Shown piece after piece: positions 57,840 through 64,000 of a stretch of 64,000 bases of DNA (positions within the stretch are counted from its first letter, which is position 1; every line of letters starts with the position of its first letter). The translations under genes and the position numbers were made by a program. Under the pieces are notes generated by a model that saw only the letters and a list, made by a program, of their open reading frames with translations, was not told the origin of the DNA and did not search any database. This stretch comes from Capsulimonadales bacterium. GTDB lineage: Bacteria; Armatimonadota; Armatimonadia; Armatimonadales; Armatimonadaceae. The stretch is taken from NCBI GenBank assembly GCA_033762295.1, contig JANRLW010000043.1, forward strand, positions 32,001-96,000. Direction: 5' to 3'.

Positions 57840-58667
57840 TTATTTTACCGGACCGACGGCGATTTTGACGGTTCGTTCCGACCGAACGGGTTTGCCGTCC
57901 TGCTGCGCGGGTTCCCACTTCCACGCGCCGATCCAGGCGAGGATCGCTTTGTCGGTGTCGGCGTTGCCGCAGCTTTTGACGATCGATTCGGTATGAGTGC
58001 CGTCGGCCTCGATCGTTACCTTGATCTCGACGGTGGCGCCGTTTTCAAGTCCGCCCTGATCGGTCGGGCGAGCCGACCGAAGGCGCGGTTCGACGATCGT
58101 CACCTTCTTCATTTTGTCGCCGACTTCGATCCGTTCGGCGACCTCCTGCCCCTGCAGCACCTTGCCGAACAGCGTATATTTGTTGACTCCGTCCGGGTCC
58201 TTTTCGTCCAGGAAATAGGCCGGGCGATTGATGACGATATAGAACTGGGAACCGGCGGTATCGCGGCCGGCGTTTGCCATCGCCACCGCGCCACGGTCAT
58301 GTTTCAAAATCCGGTTGGCTTCGTTTTTGATTTCGTAGCCGGGACCGCCCGTTCCGTTGCCCTGCGGGTCGCCGCCCTGAATGACGAAGTTGGGAACGAC
58401 CCGATGGAAGGTCAGGCCGTTGTAGAACCCCTTCTTCGCGAGTTGGACGAAGTTATTTACCGTAATCGGCGCGTCGTTCGGATAAAGTTCGATAACGATC
58501 CGTCCCTTACCGGTTTCCAGAACGGCCAGCGGATGAGTTTCGTCGGCGGCCGCCGGCAGTCGGGCGGCGTTCGGAGCGGCGTCCTGAGCGCGGACCGGAA
58601 GGACCGGCGCGGCCAGCAGGAACGCGGCGCAGAGAAGCGTGAAAATACGTCCGATCATCGATTTCAC
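57840..58667 (-). CDS. Exported cyclophilin-type PPIase with C-terminal TonB_C-like domain
   Basis: [29 protein letters not shown]-terminal V.I.ADG......SCG...DKAI......WKWEPA..DGKPV. Confidence 0.85.
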   Translation of the reverse strand: MKSMIGRIFTLLCAAFLLAAPVLPVRAQDAAPNAARLPAAADETHPLAVLETGKGRIVIELYPNDAPITVNNFVQLAKKGFYNGLTFHRVVPNFVIQGGDPQGNGTGGPGYEIKNEANRILKHDRGAVAMANAGRDTAGSQFYIVINRPAYFLDEKDPDGVNKYTLFGKVLQGQEVAERIEVGDKMKKVTIVEPRLRSARPTDQGGLENGATVEIKVTIEADGTHTESIVKSCGNADTDKAILAWIGAWKWEPAQQDGKPVRSERTVKIAVGPVK

Positions 58668-59231
58668 CTACTTTCGTCCCGGCTCGACGATCGTCACCTT
58701 CTTCATCTTGTCACCGATGACGATCTTTTCGGCGACGTCCTGTCCGGAGATGACCTGACCGAAGATAGTGTATTTGTTCGCGCCGCCCGGCATCTTTTCA
58801 TCCAGATTGGGGGCGGGCTGACCGATAACGATATAGAACTGGGAACCGGCGGTATCGGGACCGGCGTTCGCCATCGCGACCGCGCCGCGGTTATGACGAA
58901 GCATCTTGTTGTCCTCATTCTTGATCGAATAACCGGGACCGCCCGAACCGTCCCCTTTGGGGTCACCGCCCTGAATGACGAAGTTGGGGACGACCCGATG
59001 GAAGGTCAGGCCGTTGTAGAACCCCTTCTTCGCGAGTTTGATGAAATTTTCGGTCGTGATTTTGGTGACTTCCGGGTAAAGCCGGATCTTGATCGTGCCT
59101 TTGTCGGTCTCGATGATCGCGAGCGGACTGGCGGGTCCCTTTCCGGAGGGCGTCTGCGCCCACGACGCCGGAGGAACGGACAGTAGAACGACGACAAAAA
59201 ACAGGGGGAGGCAGCGGAAAAGTTGCTTCAC
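58668..59231 (-). CDS. Exported cyclophilin-type PPIase
   Basis: Same cyclophilin motifs; AAGGA upstream of the GTG at 59231; signal peptide. Confidence 0.9.
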   Translation of the reverse strand: MKQLFRCLPLFFVVVLLSVPPASWAQTPSGKGPASPLAIIETDKGTIKIRLYPEVTKITTENFIKLAKKGFYNGLTFHRVVPNFVIQGGDPKGDGSGGPGYSIKNEDNKMLRHNRGAVAMANAGPDTAGSQFYIVIGQPAPNLDEKMPGGANKYTIFGQVISGQDVAEKIVIGDKMKKVTIVEPGRK

Positions 59232-59310
59232 GGTGCATTCCTTAGTTTCGAAAGTTTCGAATGAGATTGGTTTTTCCAACCCTCTATTCTAAAACGAGGG
59301 CGGGGACGTG

Positions 59311-60282
59311 TCAACCGGGAATGTTCGTTCGGTCAAAGAAGAAAACGCCGGTTTCCAGGTCGACCTCCGCGAACCCGCCGACCGGAAGGGTGAGACGACG
59401 GGGGATATGTCCGTAGGCGACGCCGGCCGCGACCGCGACCCGGTCCCCGGTCATCGACAGCACGAGTTCGGGGATGCGCTCCGCCAGTTCGGCGTTCTGT
59501 GCCTCGTTCATTCCGTTGAAGGAACCGATCAGCAGGGCGGCGATTCGGTCCAGAGTCCCGCTCAGACGGAGTTGCGTCAGAAAACGGTCGACGCGGTAAA
59601 GCTCCTCGTGGACGTCCTCGATGAGGAGGATCGCCCCGGACAGGTCCGGGACATACGGTGTCCCAAGTAGGGAAATCAACAGGGAAAGGCAAACCGGATA
59701 GAGAGGACCGGATACCCGGGTCGGCCCGCGAAGGATACGCCAGGGCACCGTGTCGGGCGGCGAATCGGACCGCCGTGGGAAGTCCGTCGCGGTGACGGCG
59801 CGAAGGAAACTCTCCGCGCTGAACGGATCGCAGAGCGCCGAACCGATGCCCTCGTTTCCGGTCGCCATCACCCCGGAAAAGGAGACGATTCCGGTCCGGG
59901 CGGCAATGCCGAGCGAGAGTGCGGTGATATCGGAGTAGCCGACCAGCGGCTTGGGATCGGACCGCAGGGCGTCATAATCGATCCCGTCCAGGAGTCGTCC
60001 GGCGCCATACCCGCCCCGCGCGCACAGAATCAGGTCCACCGACGGGTCGCGGAGCAGGAGGTTCAGGTCCGAGAGACGCTCCGGGTCCGGTCCGGCCAGG
60101 TACGGCAGCGAGGCGTCCCGACGGGTGGCGTTCGGAGCGACGACCACCCGAAAGCCGCGTGTTTCCAGTACGGCGGCAGCGGCGGCGATCGCGCCGTCGG
60201 GAGAGGGAGAGGAAGGGGAACAGAGGCCGATCACGCCGCCCGGTTTCAGGGGGCGCGGCCAGACGGGCGACGCAGGAGACAT
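59311..60282 (-). CDS. LD-carboxypeptidase (peptidase S66)
   Basis: RGGYG, GYSDIT (Ser), LLIED (Glu), YGH (His). Confidence 0.9.
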   Translation of the reverse strand: MSPASPVWPRPLKPGGVIGLCSPSSPSPDGAIAAAAAVLETRGFRVVVAPNATRRDASLPYLAGPDPERLSDLNLLLRDPSVDLILCARGGYGAGRLLDGIDYDALRSDPKPLVGYSDITALSLGIAARTGIVSFSGVMATGNEGIGSALCDPFSAESFLRAVTATDFPRRSDSPPDTVPWRILRGPTRVSGPLYPVCLSLLISLLGTPYVPDLSGAILLIEDVHEELYRVDRFLTQLRLSGTLDRIAALLIGSFNGMNEAQNAELAERIPELVLSMTGDRVAVAAGVAYGHIPRRLTLPVGGFAEVDLETGVFFFDRTNIPG

Positions 60283-60492
60283 ACGAGCATTGTACCGTAT
60301 GCGCATCGGACCGTACGTCTCCGGAAACAAAACGGAACGTTCGTGTTTCTATACTCCGGCTTTTTAACCTGTTGCTATTTATTTACATTTTGGTTGGTTC
60401 TGGGGTATATTCATCCTGACAACCCGGGACAGGGCGCACCCCCCGATAAAAGCCGACTCGCGCCGGCATGAAGAAAAAGATGACAGAGAGAG

Positions 60493-63400
60493 ATGATCCA
60501 CGAAAACGCAATGCAACCAACGGTGCTGATCGTCAGCGATACGCCGGAAGCCATCCGTGCCATCGTCGAATACCCGGCTCACAAGGGACTGACGCCCTAT
60601 GACTCGAAAGTCGCCGGGACGGCGGCCGAAGCCCTGCGAATCTGCCGGTACGCGCTTCCGGATTGTATCCTGCTCGACCTGACGCTTCCCGACCGCTCCG
60701 GCGCGGATCTTCTCGTCGAACTGGCGAACGGTCGGCCTGTTTTGCCCTGCGCCGTCGTCGTGATGACGGAACCGGGGGAGGAACCCCTGGCGGTGGAGGC
60801 CATGAAACGCGGCGCGCACGATTATCTCGACCGGCTGCGCGCGACTCCGGAGATTCTTTCCCGCGTCATTGAAAATGCGATCCGTCGGTTCGAACTGGGC
60901 CGCGAAAACGACCGGCAGCGGAGTATCCTGCGCGAGAACGAGGAACGGCTGAGAATCGCCCTGCAGACCGCCCAGATGGGCAGCTACGAGTGGGACCTCG
61001 CCACCAACGTAATCCGCTGGCAGCCGGAATTGGAGCGTCTCTACGGGCTTCGTCCGGGCCATTTCGATGGCACCTACGAGCACTGGGTCTCGATGATCGA
61101 ACCGGAGGATCTTCCGACACTGGAACGGCTTCGGCCCGAACTCGTCTGGATGGGCGAGACCTCGGGCGATTTCCGAATCCATCGCCCCGATGGAACCGTG
61201 CGCTGGATCCATGCCCGTGACAAAATGGTGCGCGACCGTCACGGCACTCCCGAAAGGATCGTCGGCGTTCACGTCGACATCACCGAACGGAAGCAGGCGG
61301 AAGAGGCCCAGCAGCGTCAGTTCGAACGTCAAACGCTGTTGCTGGAGTGCTCACGATTGTTGCTGGCGAGCGGACGAGGGGACCGTGAGCGCACCGAGTT
61401 GGTGTTCGAACGGATTCGCGGACATCTGGACGCCGATATCTGTTTCCATTACGAACCCGACCCCGCCAACGGAGACCTTCGCCTGGTCGCCGGTATCGGC
61501 ATCCCGCCCGAAATGGCGGCGGAAGCGGCGCGGTTGGGCCTGGGACAGGCGTTCTGCGGGACGGTCGCGGAAACCTCTGCGCCGCTCCGACGGAACGCCG
61601 CCGAGGTGGCGGTCGATCCGCAAGGCGCGTTCGTTCGTCGGGCGGGGGGACGGTGTTACGCCTCCCATCCGTTGCTCTCCGGGACCGGCGGGCTGCTGGG
61701 AACTTTTTCCGTCGCCAGTTCGCGACGCGAATCGTTTTCCGACGAGGAGATCGGCTTCCTGCAGACCCTAGCACATCTGATGGCGCTCGCCGCCGAGCGG
61801 GAACGGACCGAGGCCGCACTTCACCTGAGCGATCAGCGATTCCGCCTCGCGTTCGAGCAAGCCAATATCGGAATCGCCTATGTCACCCCGGACGGGCGCT
61901 GGCTCCGGGTGAATGATCGGCTGTGCGCCATGCTCGGATACGCCTGCGAGGAGTTGATGCGCCTGCCGGCGTCCGCCATGTGGATTGCCGGTGAGGAAGG
62001 CGACGACCGGGAACTTCGGGAAAAGCTGCTGACCGGGGAGATCGGGTCGTTTGCCCGGGAAAAACGCTACCGGAAGAAAAATGGGGAAATCCTCTGGGTA
62101 CATCGAACCGTCGCGCTCGCCCGCGATGCGCAGGGACGCCCGGACTACTTCATTCTGATTGTCGAGGATATCTCGGACCGAAAACGGGCCGAGGAGGAGC
62201 GGCAGCATATCGTCGAAAGCGCCGGATGCCTGCTCTGGTCGTGCGAGGTTCGCAACGACGGCGAGAAACTTCGCTGGGAGACGACCTATTTTGACGAAGA
62301 GGCCGCCCAGCGTCTGGTGCCGATTCGTCCGAAACCCGGCAAGAGATACATCTGGCACTGGCATGATGTCCGGTTCCCGGAGGATCGCGAACGAAACTAT
62401 CGCCACGGGGAACGCTGTGTGCGGGCCGGTCAGGACTACCAGGATGAGTTCCGCATGCGGGCCGAGGATGGTTCGGTGCGCTGGCTGCGGGAGGATGTGC
62501 GGGTTCGGACGATCGAGGAAGGGCAACGCTGGAGCCTCGTCGGTGTCTGCACCGATATCACGAGCCTGAAAGCGGCGGAAGCCGAACGGACCTACGTACT
62601 CGAAAGCGCCCGCTGCCTTCTCTGGCACGCGACCGTCCACGATATCGGAACCGACGCGCTGGAGTGGGAAGTCTCCTCACCCTCGGCGGAAAGCGGTAAC
62701 CGTTTCGTCATCCTCGAAGTCCCTCCGCACAAAACGTATATGGATATGTTCCACGCCGCCAGGTTGCCGGAGGACCGGGAACGGACGGATCGGGACGGCA
62801 ACCGTCATCTGCGTGAGGATCGGGGGTATCAGCAGGAGTTCCGGGTGCGGGCCGCGTCCGGTGAGATACGCTGGGTCCATGAATCGGTCCGGGTGGATGT
62901 TCTCGAACCGGGGAAACGGTGGCGACTGGCCGGGGTCTGTGTCGATATCACCGAACAAAAACGCGCGGAGGAGTTAATCCGTAACGAAAAGGAGCTGCTG
63001 AGCCGGGTCGCTGAGACAGTGCCGGGCGTGGTCTGCGCGTACCGGCTCGATCCGGACGGACGCGTTTCGATGCCATATGCCGCGCCGGGTATCCGCGACC
63101 TCTACGGATTGACACCGGAGGACGTGCGGGAGGATGCCTCCCGCCTCATGGAACTCTGGCACCCCGGGGACCGTGACCTGCTGATTTCCACCATCGACGA
63201 ATCGCGACGGACGATGGCTCCCTGGCAATGCGAGTTCCGTGCGCTTGTTCCGACGCGCGGGGAGATCTGGGTCGAAGGGCATTCGGTGCCGAAACGGGAG
63301 GACGACGGCAGTACCATCTGGTATGGCATGCTGACCGAAATCACCGGGCGAAAGCGTGCTGAAGAGTTCGCGTACGGCCATCGTGAGGTGCTGGAACGGA

Positions 63401-64000
63401 TCGCCGACACCGCTCCGCTGGCCGAAACGATCGACCTCCTGCTGCGACACACGGAGCGGTACTCTCCGGGGATGATCTGCGGCGTGCTGCTGCCCGACGC
63501 GGACGGTAAGCGTCTCCGCCATATCGCCGGTCCGAGCCTTCCGGAGCCGTATGTGCGGGCGATCGATGGTGTGGAGATCGGGCCGAATGCCGGGAGTTGC
63601 GGAACCGCCGCCTACCGGCGAGATACGGTGTTCGTCGAGGATATCGCCACCGATCCGCTCTGGCAGGATTTTCGGCACCTGGCATTGCCCCATGGTCTCC
63701 GCGCCTGCTGGTCGACTCCGGTTCTCGACCGCGACGGCACGGTGCTCGGGACATTCGCCGCCTATTTCCGAAACCCGGTTCTGCCGTCGCCGTCCCATCT
63801 GGTTCTGGCGCAGGATGTCATTCGGACGCTGACCCTTTGCCTGCGGAGGCATCGGGCGGAACAGGCGTTACGGGAAAGCGAAAACCGCCTGCGCGACCTG
63901 ATTGAGGGGCTTCCGCAGCTGGTCTGGACCTGTGAACCGCAGGGAACCTGTGACTACCTCAGTCCGCAATGGGTCGAATATACAGGTGTCCCGATGGTGG
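60493..64000 (+). CDS. Multidomain REC-PAS-GAF-PAS(x4)-GAF-PAS sensor, 3'-truncated by window edge (output domain not visible)
   Basis: Open frame from ATG 60493: PDCILLDLTLPD (REC), GSYEWD/DGTVRWI/DITERK (PAS-PAC), GQAFCGTVA and GSCGTAAY/CWSTP (GAF). Absent from the ORF track because it has no stop codon in the window. Confidence 0.9.
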   Translation, partial: MIHENAMQPTVLIVSDTPEAIRAIVEYPAHKGLTPYDSKVAGTAAEALRICRYALPDCILLDLTLPDRSGADLLVELANGRPVLPCAVVVMTEPGEEPLAVEAMKRGAHDYLDRLRATPEILSRVIENAIRRFELGRENDRQRSILRENEERLRIALQTAQMGSYEWDLATNVIRWQPELERLYGLRPGHFDGTYEHWVSMIEPEDLPTLERLRPELVWMGETSGDFRIHRPDGTVRWIHARDKMVRDRHGTPERIVGVHVDITERKQAEEAQQRQFERQTLLLECSRLLLASGRGDRERTELVFERIRGHLDADICFHYEPDPANGDLRLVAGIGIPPEMAAEAARLGLGQAFCGTVAETSAPLRRNAAEVAVDPQGAFVRRAGGRCYASHPLLSGTGGLLGTFSVASSRRESFSDEEIGFLQTLAHLMALAAERERTEAALHLSDQRFRLAFEQANIGIAYVTPDGRWLRVNDRLCAMLGYACEELMRLPASAMWIAGEEGDDRELREKLLTGEIGSFAREKRYRKKNGEILWVHRTVALARDAQGRPDYFILIVEDISDRKRAEEERQHIVESAGCLLWSCEVRNDGEKLRWETTYFDEEAAQRLVPIRPKPGKRYIWHWHDVRFPEDRERNYRHGERCVRAGQDYQDEFRMRAEDGSVRWLREDVRVRTIEEGQRWSLVGVCTDITSLKAAEAERTYVLESARCLLWHATVHDIGTDALEWEVSSPSAESGNRFVILEVPPHKTYMDMFHAARLPEDRERTDRDGNRHLREDRGYQQEFRVRAASGEIRWVHESVRVDVLEPGKRWRLAGVCVDITEQKRAEELIRNEKELLSRVAETVPGVVCAYRLDPDGRVSMPYAAPGIRDLYGLTPEDVREDASRLMELWHPGDRDLLISTIDESRRTMAPWQCEFRALVPTRGEIWVEGHSVPKREDDGSTIWYGMLTEITGRKRAEEFAYGHREVLERIADTAPLAETIDLLLRHTERYSPGMICGVLLPDADGKRLRHIAGPSLPEPYVRAIDGVEIGPNAGSCGTAAYRRDTVFVEDIATDPLWQDFRHLALPHGLRACWSTPVLDRDGTVLGTFAAYFRNPVLPSPSHLVLAQDVIRTLTLCLRRHRAEQALRESENRLRDLIEGLPQLVWTCEPQGTCDYLSPQWVEYTGVPMV

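Noticed and set aside
1..64000. CRISPR arrays, tRNA/rRNA genes, integrases, transposases
   Set aside because: None seen by eye; intergenic spaces are short and lack regularly spaced repeats or cloverleaf signatures.

Overview
GC-rich bacterial chromosomal window, almost fully coding; gene style and content suggest Armatimonadota, which is an inference. I found no rRNA, tRNA, CRISPR array or intact transposase. Housekeeping blocks: accB-hom-thrC, purC, pyrK-pyrD, cysH-cysD-cysNC, araD, acyP, an EF-G paralogue and hppA. Envelope and secreted proteins: VIT-vWA, HtrA, alpha-2-macroglobulin, VanW, TPR, beta-helix, beta-propeller phosphoesterase, two cyclophilins and an LD-carboxypeptidase. There is also a small stress/desiccation-type cluster, a 5'-truncated crtC at the left edge, and a large REC-PAS-GAF sensor that runs off the right edge and is missing from the ORF track. 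Top candidate for a new system: the 527-aa membrane protein (30030-31613) heading a translationally coupled operon with a thioester alpha-2-macroglobulin and VanW. By eye it aligns helix by helix with membrane pyrophosphatases, including the HppA about 7 kb downstream, but lacks every catalytic loop. Other notable signals: a recurring ECF-type promoter (SGAAC-N17/18-CGTM) at five loci, a catalytically degenerate ApgM-family protein near hom-thrC, a perfect 18-bp inverted repeat in an AT-rich patch, an in-frame uORF before an ABC exporter, several apparently leaderless genes, and a cyclophilin-TonB_C fusion. All protein assignments come from motif recognition, not database searches.
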